This document shows, piece after piece, positions 1-8,963 of a DNA stretch of 52,903 nucleotides (the stretch's first letter is position 1; each line of letters starts with the position of its first letter). Made by a program: the position numbers and the translations under genes. Source of the stretch: Armatimonadota bacterium (lineage in GTDB: Bacteria; Armatimonadota; UBA10988); NCBI GenBank assembly GCA_016235455.1, contig JACRKZ010000156.1:1-52903 (forward strand), read 5' to 3'. The notes beneath the pieces are model-generated. The model was not told where the DNA came from. It searched no databases and saw nothing but the letters and a program-made list of their open reading frames with translations.

Positions 1-53
1 TGGGCGAGGGCGACGGGCGGATCAAGGCTTTGGCGGGCGTGCTGCGGCCGTAG
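1..53 (+). CDS. 3' end of a gene entering from the left edge (partial)
   Basis: Open frame 3..53 (GEGDGRIKALAGVLRP*) with G/C-rich third positions; its stop abuts the stop of the convergent gene at 54. Confidence 0.4.
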   Translation, partial: GEGDGRIKALAGVLRP

Positions 54-2249
54 TCACCGCCCATCTCGCTCCATCACCAACACCCAGTCCTGTGGCGAGG
101 GCACCTTGGGCGCCTGCCAGTCGCCCGAAGACAGTCGGGTGATCGGTGGTGCTGTCGTCGCGGTCGGCGGCGCAAACGGCGTGCGCGACAGCTCGAATGC
201 GCGGTACTCCTGCTGCTCGCCGATCTGGAACATCCACAGGCCGGCCTGGCCCGCGGTGGTGTTGCTCACCTTGACGATGGGGGTGCAATAGGTGCGCTGA
301 CCATCGGTCATCACCAGCGCCGCATACTCGCCGCAGGCCGCGGCCGTGAGCTTGATGCGCGGGCCGACGTCCGGCACGGCGACCCTCCCTAGCGGCTGGC
401 CCCACTCGCCGCCGCGCCGGTCGTGCAGGTAGATGGCCTTGAGACTGGGTGTGTAGAGCGCCACCAGATACTCGTCGAGACCGTGGTAGCGCAGCATCAC
501 TCCGGCTTCGGCGTCGCTGTTGGCTTCGACACTGGCCATCGCGTCGGCCTCGGCCGGCTGGCGGAGCACGGTGACCATGCCCTTGCCGCCCAGCAGTCGG
601 CCGTCGGCGCGCTGGGTGGGCGTGCCGTCATCGCGCCAGGCGGCGTTGTCGGTGCCTTGGAACTGGTCGCTAAAGGCCAACGGCAGCGTGTGGCCCGCGA
701 AGGGCAGGGCCGCCGGGCCGGCGTTGACCACGCGACCGACCTCGAAGCGCCGGCCGCGGACGGGATCGAAGTAGAAGGCGTGGTACGGCACGTCGCGCTC
801 AAGGCCCTTGAGGCTGGGCCCGGTCCAGTTGTAGACCCCGCGCTTGGGCAGGTAGGCCAGGCGCACCTCGCCGGGTATGCCCGCCGCGAACGAGCCCTCC
901 TCGACCCAGTCGGGATGCGGCTCGAAGCGGTCCCACGGGTAGGCCAGCAGCAGCTTCCGGCCCAGCCCGAGCTGGGTCGAGCCGGGGTAGGCCATGCCTT
1001 CGCGCCAGGTGGTGGTGTCGTAGACGTTGGCCAGGCCGGGGTCGCCCTCGACACTGGCGTGCCAGACGCCCGCCGCGCCGTAGGTGAGCCCCGCCGAGCC
1101 GCTCAGCAAGCTGGCCCAGAAGACATACCGCTGCACGTCCGCGAAGGCGGTCTGCATGTGGCCCTCGTAGCAGTACTCGCCGATCATCGCCGGCATGACC
1201 GGCGTGCGGGCATAGGCGGCGCGCACCTGCGGGATGGCGCCGAAGGCGGCGGGCCAGTCGCCATGCCCGGTCTGCAGCATATCGAAGTCGATGACCGTCT
1301 CGTCGGTCACCGCGTCGCGGCCGGAATGATGCGGGTGCATGGTGGCCAGGCGATGGAAGGGATCGGTCGCACGCACGTAGCGGGCCACCTCGGTCCATTC
1401 GGGGCCTTGCGACTCGCCGCCGATGATCCACACCGTGGGGTAGGCGCCGTAGCGCGCGATCAGGTGTCGCCAGTGCCGCTTGAGGCCGTCGACTCCCGCC
1501 AGCCGCAGGCCGTCGCAATCGCCGCGACCCCAACCGCCAACGATGGCGGGCACAAGCCCGGCCTGCACCAGATGCGCGATGCGGCGGTCGGCGTACGCGA
1601 AGTAGGCGGGGTTGACGCGACCGAAATCGTGGGTCTCATAGGGCTTGCCGCCTTCGTTCTCCCAGCGCGGCTCGAACGGCCCTTCGTCGGGATACGGGCC
1701 GCAGACGATCTGCACTACGCTGAAGCCCTTGGCGGCGCGGTCGGCGGTCAGCTCCTGGAATCCCTCCCAGGTCATGCGACGACAGAGGTTCTTCCACCAG
1801 GTGTCGCCCAGCCACAAGAACGGCGTGCCGTCGACGTGGGCGAAATGGCGATGGTCGGCGGCCAGGCGCACCGGACCATGCTCGTACAGCGGATTGGGGC
1901 TGGCGTTGGGCGCGACGGTGATCTGTCCGGTGGCCGCGTGCAGCCCGGCGTTGGCCGCATCGGAGCATTCGCTTCGCCAGGCGTGCCGGCCCGGCTGCGG
2001 CGAGGCGTAGCGGAAGCACCAGCGGTCGCCGCCGGCCCAAAACGCCGGCAGCCGCAGCGGCTCGCCGGCGGGCGGCGTGACGACCACATCGACCAGGACA
2101 TCGACAAACGGGTTGCCGTAGGTCTTGGCCGAGGTCAGGCCGACCTCGACCAGGTGGTTGGCCTCGACCGTCTGGCCGTCGCCTGGCGTTGCGGGCGCCA
2201 ACAGCAGCGCGCCGCACAGGGTCAGATGGAGTGTCTGGGCATGGTTCAT
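54..2249 (-). CDS. Secreted DUF5060/DUF4038 (apiosidase-like) glycoside hydrolase
   Basis: Start reassigned to MNHAQTLHLTLCGALLLA (signal-like). NPF..V..D..FWAGG.W.FRY N-domain, then DGTPFLWLGDTWW, RYGAYPTVWIIGGE, DFDMLQTGH and EYCYEG motifs. Confidence 0.8.
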   Translation of the reverse strand: MNHAQTLHLTLCGALLLAPATPGDGQTVEANHLVEVGLTSAKTYGNPFVDVLVDVVVTPPAGEPLRLPAFWAGGDRWCFRYASPQPGRHAWRSECSDAANAGLHAATGQITVAPNASPNPLYEHGPVRLAADHRHFAHVDGTPFLWLGDTWWKNLCRRMTWEGFQELTADRAAKGFSVVQIVCGPYPDEGPFEPRWENEGGKPYETHDFGRVNPAYFAYADRRIAHLVQAGLVPAIVGGWGRGDCDGLRLAGVDGLKRHWRHLIARYGAYPTVWIIGGESQGPEWTEVARYVRATDPFHRLATMHPHHSGRDAVTDETVIDFDMLQTGHGDWPAAFGAIPQVRAAYARTPVMPAMIGEYCYEGHMQTAFADVQRYVFWASLLSGSAGLTYGAAGVWHASVEGDPGLANVYDTTTWREGMAYPGSTQLGLGRKLLLAYPWDRFEPHPDWVEEGSFAAGIPGEVRLAYLPKRGVYNWTGPSLKGLERDVPYHAFYFDPVRGRRFEVGRVVNAGPAALPFAGHTLPLAFSDQFQGTDNAAWRDDGTPTQRADGRLLGGKGMVTVLRQPAEADAMASVEANSDAEAGVMLRYHGLDEYLVALYTPSLKAIYLHDRRGGEWGQPLGRVAVPDVGPRIKLTAAACGEYAALVMTDGQRTYCTPIVKVSNTTAGQAGLWMFQIGEQQEYRAFELSRTPFAPPTATTAPPITRLSSGDWQAPKVPSPQDWVLVMERDGR

Positions 2250-2364
2250 CGCAGGGGCCTTCCCTGGACCAGTGTAGGCTCTGGCCGACGGCCCTCGCAA
2301 GCGGCGGCACGACTCGCGGGAGGATTCGGGGCGTTTCTGGCGCAACGATCGCCTGGAGCACCCC

Positions 2365-3993
2365 ATGCCGCTGCTGCCCTTCCTGCTGGCCCTGCTCGCC
2401 GCCGCGCCCGAGTCGCCGCAGATCATCGTCGACCAGCTCGGCTGGCGGCCCGGCGATGTGAAGATCGTGGTCTTCGCCGACCCCCAGAAGGGGCAGAACA
2501 AGGACCAGCACTACCAGCCCGGCCCGTCGTTCGAGGTGCGCGCGGTGCCCGGCGGGGCGGTGGCGTTTCGTGGCGCCGTCGTCCAGTGGAAGGCCGGCAC
2601 CGTCGACACCGTCTCGGGCGACCGCTGCTGGCAGGGCACCTTCACCGCGCTGGCCGCGCCGGGCCGCTACGTGGTCTATGACCCCGCCACCGACCGCCAG
2701 TCTGCGCCGTTCTGGATCGACGACCATGTCTACGCCGGCGTCATGCGCGCCGCGCTCCGGACCTTCTACTACCAGCGCTGCGGCAGCGCCATCGAGGCGA
2801 AGTTCGGCGGCAACTGGACGCGGCCGGCCTGCCACCTGGGCCAGAAACAGGCGCGGATGCTGCGCGCCGGCAAGCTCGAAGGCGAGCCGCGCGATGTCTC
2901 GGGCGGCTGGCACGACGCCGGCGACCACAACAAGTACGTGCCCTTTCTCAATAGCACGCTGTGGGACCTGATGAGCGCCTACGAGCTGAATCCCAAGGCC
3001 TTTGGCGACGATGTGGGCATTCCCGAATCGGGCAACGGCGTGCCCGATCTGCTCGATGAGCTGCGCTACGAGTTCGACTGGCTGTTGCGGATGCAGTTGC
3101 CCGACGGCTCGGTCTGCAACCGCGTCACGACGACCTCGTACGACACCGGCGACGGCCCGCACAACGACCGGCAGGTCTACTCGGTGACGCCGCCAACCAC
3201 CTGGGCCACAAGCACGTTCGCCGCGAGCTGCGCCCATGCCGCGCGGCTCTGGAAGGGCGATCCGTATGGTGCCAGGCTGGCCCAGGCCGCCGCTGCCGCG
3301 TGGGCTTACCTGGCCAACGGCTGGGTGGATCCGCTGGGCGCCAATGAGCTGACCCAGGCCTTCGTCACCTATGCCGGTGCGCCGGGCCATGACCCCGCCA
3401 TCGTGGCCGATTTTGCCAAGTCGCTGAGCGCCTCGCTGGCGCAGCACTATGTCGGCGCGTTGCCGGATGACCCCTATCGTGCGCCGATCTTCGAGGGGCA
3501 CTACTGCTGGGGCTCCAACAGCGTGAAAAGCAAGTGGGGCCACCTGCCGCTGTTTGCCCGGCAGTTCGGCCTCGATCCCGCGCGCTCGGCGGTCTGGGAT
3601 GAGCTGGCCCAAGGCTACGTGCACTACCTGCACGGCCGCAACCCGCTGTCGCTCTGCTACCTGACCAACCTGGGCGAGCGCGGCGCGGCGCTCGGCGTCA
3701 CGCGCAGCGTGATGGAGATGTACCACGGCTGGTTCCACGACGGCAGCCCGCTCTACGACGGCCCCAAGTCGCAGTTCGGCCCGGCGCCCGGCTTCCTGGT
3801 CGGCGGACCCAACCAGTTCTTCGGCAAGGCCTGGGTGGCGCCGCCCGCGGGCGAGCCGCCGGCCAAGGCGTTCCGCGAGTGGAACACCGGCTGGAACGCC
3901 CAGCACAACGACAACGAGGACTCCTGGGCGATCACCGAGCCGGCTATCTACTATCAGGCGGCGTATGTGCTGCTGCTGGCCGGCTGCATGTGA
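2365..3993 (+). CDS. GH9 glycoside hydrolase with N-terminal Ig-like (CelD_N) domain
   Basis: Signal peptide; IIVDQLGW; FYYQRCG; DVSGGWHDAGDHNKY; ESGNGVPDLLDE; YLHGRNP; TEPAIYYQA. Confidence 0.9.
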   Translation: MPLLPFLLALLAAAPESPQIIVDQLGWRPGDVKIVVFADPQKGQNKDQHYQPGPSFEVRAVPGGAVAFRGAVVQWKAGTVDTVSGDRCWQGTFTALAAPGRYVVYDPATDRQSAPFWIDDHVYAGVMRAALRTFYYQRCGSAIEAKFGGNWTRPACHLGQKQARMLRAGKLEGEPRDVSGGWHDAGDHNKYVPFLNSTLWDLMSAYELNPKAFGDDVGIPESGNGVPDLLDELRYEFDWLLRMQLPDGSVCNRVTTTSYDTGDGPHNDRQVYSVTPPTTWATSTFAASCAHAARLWKGDPYGARLAQAAAAAWAYLANGWVDPLGANELTQAFVTYAGAPGHDPAIVADFAKSLSASLAQHYVGALPDDPYRAPIFEGHYCWGSNSVKSKWGHLPLFARQFGLDPARSAVWDELAQGYVHYLHGRNPLSLCYLTNLGERGAALGVTRSVMEMYHGWFHDGSPLYDGPKSQFGPAPGFLVGGPNQFFGKAWVAPPAGEPPAKAFREWNTGWNAQHNDNEDSWAITEPAIYYQAAYVLLLAGCM

Positions 3994-4642
3994 GGCCGGC
4001 GTGAGCCCGACGCAGGTGCGTCAAACCCAGGGCCGCCGCCCACAGGCCGATCAGTGACAGCCCGGCGCACCAGGCGGCGCGCCGCATGAGGTTGCGGGCA
4101 TGCTCGCCGAACAGCTCCTCGGGCGGCATCATCCGCGAGCCGTCGAACAGCGGCGTGAGCAGGCCGTTGGGCCGTTTCTCGAAGGCCTTGCCCTGCGCGA
4201 TGACCACCTCGCTGGGCGCGCCGCCCGTGTGCACAAACGCCTCGATCTCGCGCCTGATTGGCCCTGAACCATCGAGCGTGGCCGTGCGCCAGTCGCTGCC
4301 GACCATATGCACCAGGTGACGGACTGGGCGCGGCTCGGGGTCGCGCGCCAGGTAGGAGGCCAACACCGTCCAGCCAGCCTTGGGGTAGCGATGGTCGCAG
4401 TATTCCATCTGGTGGGCGTGACGGAGCCAGATCGTGCGGCCCTCGGCCGGCCAGCCGCGCAGGGCCCGGGTCACCAGCACGCAGAACGAAAGCGGCGTGG
4501 TCTGCGTGACCAGGCCGAAGACCAGCATGTCCTGGCGGCAGTGGCGACCGCCATAGCAGTCCGTGAGCCCGTACTGGTCGTCATGCGCCAGCGCCGACGT
4601 GGCCACGCCGGCCAGCAGCGCCGTCATCCAGAGCCTGCGCAT
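3944..4642 (-). CDS. Hypothetical exported/membrane-anchored protein
   Basis: MRRLWMTALLAGVATSALA signal peptide behind a GGGAGG RBS; C-terminal hydrophobic helix; 3' end overlaps the GH9 stop. Confidence 0.6.
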   Translation of the reverse strand: MRRLWMTALLAGVATSALAHDDQYGLTDCYGGRHCRQDMLVFGLVTQTTPLSFCVLVTRALRGWPAEGRTIWLRHAHQMEYCDHRYPKAGWTVLASYLARDPEPRPVRHLVHMVGSDWRTATLDGSGPIRREIEAFVHTGGAPSEVVIAQGKAFEKRPNGLLTPLFDGSRMMPPEELFGEHARNLMRRAAWCAGLSLIGLWAAALGLTHLRRAHAGLTCSRPAAAHTPPDSR

Positions 4643-4700
4643 CGCTGCCTCCCTGTTGGCACTATTCTGCCCCAAGGGCCCGCGCGACAAACGGGTGGGT

Positions 4701-4767
4701 GGTAACCCGCCTACCCGGCGAGCACGCTGTCGTGGGTCGGAGGACCCCCATGGCAGAGCTTGGGAGC
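4701..4767 (+). repeat. Degenerate direct repeat, copy 1 (67 bp)
   Basis: Ungapped manual alignment to 7340-7406 gives 54/67 identical positions. Confidence 0.85.
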
Positions 4768-4944
4768 ATGCCGGCGCACGGGCTGCGGCGAGGCAGCCGC
4801 GTGTCGCGCCGCACCGTCAATCGACGCAACCATGCCCGATTGTGCTATCGCCATCCGCCGACGCTGACAGAGTGTAGGTATCGGTCCACGGCAACCGCCG
4901 ATCACCCGATCGCTCCAGCCAAGTGGAGTCGATTATATACTAGC

Positions 4945-4960
4945 TATCTGGATACAGATA
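4945..4960. promoter_or_regulatory. Palindromic operator candidate upstream of qNor (TATCTG-N4-CAGATA)
   Basis: Perfect 6-4-6 inverted repeat in an AT-rich patch about 75 bp before the qNor start. Confidence 0.5.
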
Positions 4961-5033
4961 TCCGATAATGAGTTGGGCAGGGACGTCCGCGTCGGATGGA
5001 TGGCTGCCGACGGGACCTGCCCCGGAGGTTGAG

Positions 5034-7280
5034 ATGGCACGACGCAGGTTGTGGTTGACGTTGGTAGCGGTGATGGTGGGCTCGTTCGGCGTGCTGGGGT
5101 ACTACGGCCGCCAGATCTACCATCAAGCGCCGCCGGTGCCGGATCAGGTGGTCAGTGCGGATGGACAGGTGCTGTTCACCGGCGATGACATCCGTGAGGG
5201 CCAGAGCGTATGGCGGTCGATTGGTGGCCAGGAGTGCGGCTCGGTGTGGGGCCATGGTGCTTACGTGGCGCCCGACTGGTCGGCCGACTGGCTGCATCGT
5301 GAGGCCACCTGGCTGCTGGAGACATGGGCGCAAGCCGGCTATGGGCAGAGCTTCGCCTCTCTTGACGAGGAGGCGCAGGCGGGCCTGTTGGCTCGGCTGA
5401 AGTCGACCCTGCGGACCAACACCTATGACGCGAATCGCTCCGTGGTGACGGTTTCGGCCGACGTGGCCCAAGCCTGTGCGGCGGTGGCCGCGCACTACAC
5501 GGCGCTGTTCGGCGACGACGCCTCGCTGCACGAGCTCCGGTTGGCTTACGCCATGCCAGAATCGGTCATCAAGGATCCGGAGCGGCAGCGCCAGTTCAAC
5601 GCGTTCATCTGGTGGTCTGCATGGGCCTGCGCCACCAACCGGCCGAACCAGGCGATCAGCTACACCAGCAACTGGCCCGCCGAGGACCTGGTGGGCAACC
5701 GGCCCACGGCACCCCTCTTGGTCTGGTCGGCGCTGAGCGTGCTGTTCCTCCTGGCGGCCATCGGTACGATGGTCTGGTTTACCCAGGTGCAGCGCGGCCG
5801 TGGCGAGGAAGCACACACTCCGCCCGAGCTCGATCCGCTAGCCGGTCTGGTCATGACGCCTTCGATGCGGGCTGCGGTCAAGTACTTCTGGGTCGTCATC
5901 GCGCTGATCATGGCACAGGTCGGTCTGGGCATCGTCACCGCGCACTACGGTGTGGAGGGTCAGGGCTTCTATGGCGTTCCGCTGGCCAAGTGGCTGCCCT
6001 ACTCCCTGACTCGCACCTGGCATGTGCAGCTCGGCATCTTCTGGATAGCCACGGCCTGGCTGGGCACTGGTCTGTTCGTCGGCCCGATCATCGGCGGTCA
6101 CGAGCCCCGCTACCAGAAGCTGGGCGTCAACCTGCTGTTCGTCTGTCTGCTCATCATCGTCGTTGGCTCGTTCGCCGGCGAGTGGCTGGGCGTGCAGCAG
6201 AAGCTCGGGCTCTCGACCAGCCTCATGTTCGGCCATCAGGGCCTCGAGTATGTCGATCTGGGTCGCTTCTGGCAGGCATTCCTGTTCCTCGGCCTGTTCA
6301 TCTGGCTGGGCCTGGTGGTGGCAGCCATGCTGCCCGCGTTGCGCCGACCGGCTGAGAACCGGCAACTGCTTGGCCTGTTCGCGCTGTCGTCGCTGGCCAT
6401 CGCCGGCTTCTACGGCGCGGGCTTGAGTTGGGGCCAGCACACCAACCTGGCCGTCATCGAGTACTGGCGATGGTGGGTAGTGCACCTTTGGGTCGAGGGC
6501 TTCTTCGAGGTCTTCGCCACGGTGGTCATCGCGTTCTTGTTCAGCACGCTCGGCCTGGTGCGGGTCGGCACGGCGACGTCGGCGGCGCTGGCTACCACCT
6601 GCATCTACCTGACCGGCGGCATCATCGGCACGATGCACCACCTCTACTTCTCCGGTACGCCCATCGGTGTGCTGGCCTGGGGTGCGTCGTTCAGCGCGCT
6701 GGAGGTCGTCCCCTTGGTGCTGGTGGGCTTCGAGGCCTACGAGAACCTGAGCCTGACCAAGGCGGCCACGTGGATGGCCAACTACCGGTGGCCAGTGTAT
6801 TTCTTCATGGGTGTGGCCTTCTGGAACCTGGTTGGCGCCGGTCTGTTCGGCTTTCTGATCAATCCGCCCATCTCGCTGTACTACATGCAAGGCCTGAACA
6901 CCACACCAGTGCACGGCCATGCAGCCCTGTTCGGCGTCTACGGCATGCTGGGCATTGGCCTCATGTTGTTCTGCCTGCGCGCAGTGACCACAGGCCGGCC
7001 CTGGCGCACGAAGTGGTTGGCGGTGGCCTTCTGGTGCATCAACGTCGGCCTGGCCCTCATGCTGCTGCTGAGCCTGCTGCCCGTTGGCCTGCTACAGACC
7101 TGGGCCAGCGTTGAGCACGGCTACTGGTACGCGCGCTCGGCCGAGTTCCTGCACACGCCGCAGATGCAGACGCTGCGCTGGATGCGCGCTGTCGGCGACA
7201 GCATCTTCGGGGTGGGCAGCCTGGCACTGGCCTGGTTCGTCATCGGGCTGCACGGCGGCTGGTCGGTGGAGCCTGACTAG
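5034..7280 (+). CDS. norB: Quinol-dependent nitric-oxide reductase (qNor), heme-copper oxidase superfamily
   Basis: GSVWGHGAYVAPDWSADWLHRE, RTWHVQLGIFW, EYVDLGRFWQ, RWWVVHLWVEGFFEVF, GTMHHLYF and HGHAALFGVYG motifs; GGAGG RBS before MARRRLW. Confidence 0.95.
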   Translation: MARRRLWLTLVAVMVGSFGVLGYYGRQIYHQAPPVPDQVVSADGQVLFTGDDIREGQSVWRSIGGQECGSVWGHGAYVAPDWSADWLHREATWLLETWAQAGYGQSFASLDEEAQAGLLARLKSTLRTNTYDANRSVVTVSADVAQACAAVAAHYTALFGDDASLHELRLAYAMPESVIKDPERQRQFNAFIWWSAWACATNRPNQAISYTSNWPAEDLVGNRPTAPLLVWSALSVLFLLAAIGTMVWFTQVQRGRGEEAHTPPELDPLAGLVMTPSMRAAVKYFWVVIALIMAQVGLGIVTAHYGVEGQGFYGVPLAKWLPYSLTRTWHVQLGIFWIATAWLGTGLFVGPIIGGHEPRYQKLGVNLLFVCLLIIVVGSFAGEWLGVQQKLGLSTSLMFGHQGLEYVDLGRFWQAFLFLGLFIWLGLVVAAMLPALRRPAENRQLLGLFALSSLAIAGFYGAGLSWGQHTNLAVIEYWRWWVVHLWVEGFFEVFATVVIAFLFSTLGLVRVGTATSAALATTCIYLTGGIIGTMHHLYFSGTPIGVLAWGASFSALEVVPLVLVGFEAYENLSLTKAATWMANYRWPVYFFMGVAFWNLVGAGLFGFLINPPISLYYMQGLNTTPVHGHAALFGVYGMLGIGLMLFCLRAVTTGRPWRTKWLAVAFWCINVGLALMLLLSLLPVGLLQTWASVEHGYWYARSAEFLHTPQMQTLRWMRAVGDSIFGVGSLALAWFVIGLHGGWSVEPD

Positions 7281-7287
7281 CCATACC

Positions 7288-7320
7288 CGGTTGGCGGGGC
7301 TTGTCCGGCCCCGCCAACCG
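7288..7320 (+). terminator. Hairpin after qNor (terminator-like)
   Basis: 13-bp perfect stem cggttggcggggc / gccccgccaaccg; weak U-tail. Confidence 0.55.
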
Positions 7321-7339
7321 TTCCCTCGCACTCCAGACT

Positions 7340-7406
7340 GGTAACGCTGCCACCCAGCGAGTAAGCTGTAGTGAGTCGGAGGGACCCCATGGCAGAGCTT
7401 CTGAGC
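7340..7406 (+). repeat. Degenerate direct repeat, copy 2 (includes the RBS and start of the fucosidase gene)
   Basis: Matches 4701-4767 (54/67). Confidence 0.85.
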
Positions 7407-8690
7407 AAGTCGGCGTATGAGGAGCAGATCGCCGCCACGCGCGAGCAGCGTATGGCCTGGTGGCGCGAGGCGCGGTTCGGCATGTTCGTCCACTACGGGC
7501 TGCACACGGTGCTGGGCCGCAACGAGTGGGCCATGGCCATCGAGAACTGGCCCATCGCCGAGTATGAGCAGTTGGCCACCCAGTTCCAGCCCAAGCCCGG
7601 CTGCACGCGCGAGTGGGCCAGGCTGGCCAAGGCTGCCGGCATGAAGTACGCCGTGCTCACCAGCCGACACCACGAGGGCTTCAGCCTGTGGGACAGCCAG
7701 GTCAACCCGTACAACGTGGTCCGGTGCTGCCCCGGCGGGTTCGATGTGGTCGCCGAGTTCGTCGAGTCGTGCCGCGCCGAAGGGCTGGGCGTCGGGCTGT
7801 ACTTCTCGCTGATGGACTGGCACCATCCCGACAGCTGGCGCTGCGCCTTCGACCAGGCGGCGCGCGCGCGCTTCCAGGAGTTCCTGCGCGGCATGTTGCG
7901 CGAACTGCTGGGCGGCCGCTACGGCAAGATCGACATCCTCTGGTACGACGTGCCGGCGCCCATGGAGTCGCACGAGGGCTGGGGCTCGCTGGAAATGAAC
8001 CAGATGGTCCGCGAACTGGCGCCCGACATCCTCATCGACAACCGCTCGCGGCTCGATGAGGACTTCTCGACCCCGGAGGAGCACATCACCGCCGCTCAGG
8101 GCGGTCGCGGCTGGGAGGCGTGCATGACCTTCAACCGCATCTCGTGGGGCTACCTGGACAGCGCGCAGGCCGAGCCGTACAGCTACAACGCCCAGGGCAT
8201 CCTGCGCATGTTGCACACGGTCTGCTCCGGCAGCGGCAACCTGTTGCTCAACATCGGACCGCAGGTGGACGGCAGTGTGCCGGCCGAGGCGGTTGAGCCG
8301 CTGAAGACCGTCGGGCAGTGGTTGGCGGCCAACGGCGAGGCCGTCTATGGCCGGTTGGACCAGGCTACCGCGGGCACGGCCAGCGGCGTGGGTTCGTTCA
8401 GCCAACGGGGGAACAAGCTCTACTTCTGGCAGTGGATCTGGACCGATCAGCTCATCCTGGGCGGGTTCGAGACCAAGCTGTTGTCGATCAAGGCGTTGCC
8501 CGGCGGGCAGTCGGTCGGCTTCCGCCAGACCGAGCGCCAGATCATCGTTGACCCGCGGCCGGCGGAACTGCGCGACCCCATCGCCAACGTGACGATCTTT
8601 GAGCTGGAGTTCGAGGCGCCGCCCGTGCAGCGGCGATGCAGCGCCTACCCGCAGCTGCATGGCGGGCGTCAGTGGGTGGCCGATGCCTGA
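7389..8690 (+). CDS. Alpha-L-fucosidase (GH29)
   Basis: WWREARFGMFVHYG, AGMKYAVLTSRHHEGFSLWDS, YFSLMDWHHPD, DILWYD nucleophile, GNLLLNIGP. Confidence 0.92.
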   Translation: MAELLSKSAYEEQIAATREQRMAWWREARFGMFVHYGLHTVLGRNEWAMAIENWPIAEYEQLATQFQPKPGCTREWARLAKAAGMKYAVLTSRHHEGFSLWDSQVNPYNVVRCCPGGFDVVAEFVESCRAEGLGVGLYFSLMDWHHPDSWRCAFDQAARARFQEFLRGMLRELLGGRYGKIDILWYDVPAPMESHEGWGSLEMNQMVRELAPDILIDNRSRLDEDFSTPEEHITAAQGGRGWEACMTFNRISWGYLDSAQAEPYSYNAQGILRMLHTVCSGSGNLLLNIGPQVDGSVPAEAVEPLKTVGQWLAANGEAVYGRLDQATAGTASGVGSFSQRGNKLYFWQWIWTDQLILGGFETKLLSIKALPGGQSVGFRQTERQIIVDPRPAELRDPIANVTIFELEFEAPPVQRRCSAYPQLHGGRQWVADA

Positions 8691-8949
8691 GCAATTCGGC
8701 ACCGTCGAAGAGCTGTTTGAGGCGGCGCGCGCGCTGGTTGCCAGGCTGGAGGCCTGCGGCCAGCGCGATGCCGCCTCCGAACTGCAGTCGGGCTTCGGGT
8801 GCCTCAACGGCCTGACCGACGGGTGGGCCAAGTTCCTCGAGGCGATTGACTGGGTGGTGGCCAACGCGGGCCGCCAACTCGGCCCCGCCGACAAGCAAGC
8901 TCTGGAGCGCCTGCAGGCCGAGGTGCGGCGCGCGGTCAAGCGCCAGTAG
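8683..8949 (+). CDS. Small helical hypothetical protein (88 aa)
   Basis: Start MPEQFG overlaps the fucosidase stop; G/C-rich third positions; CLNGLTDGW core. Confidence 0.65.
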   Translation: MPEQFGTVEELFEAARALVARLEACGQRDAASELQSGFGCLNGLTDGWAKFLEAIDWVVANAGRQLGPADKQALERLQAEVRRAVKRQ

Positions 8950-8963
8950 GCGCGCTGCCGGGC

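Noticed and set aside
423-2681. Long antisense/overlapping ORFs (also 1636-3906, 7092-8939, 14082-15818, 24453-27152, 31685-33583, 34394-36076 and others)
   Set aside because: Shadow ORFs expected at this GC content; they lie opposite well-supported genes and have no motifs.
2560-2950. Genome-wide TTTC recoding or a systematic sequencing artefact
   Set aside because: In-frame TTT-C occurs in the GH9 gene (GCG TTT CGT; CCC TTT CTC) and in qNor without breaking the frame, so the effect is confined to the SEC-C gene.
4699-4968. 89-aa ORF upstream of qNor as a real gene
   Set aside because: Arg-rich with no motif; better explained as a decayed duplicate of the fucosidase start plus promoter DNA.
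5034-7280. NO dismutase (Nod) instead of qNor
   Set aside because: The canonical HLWVEGFFE, HH and HGH ligands and glutamates are intact, as in ordinary qNor.
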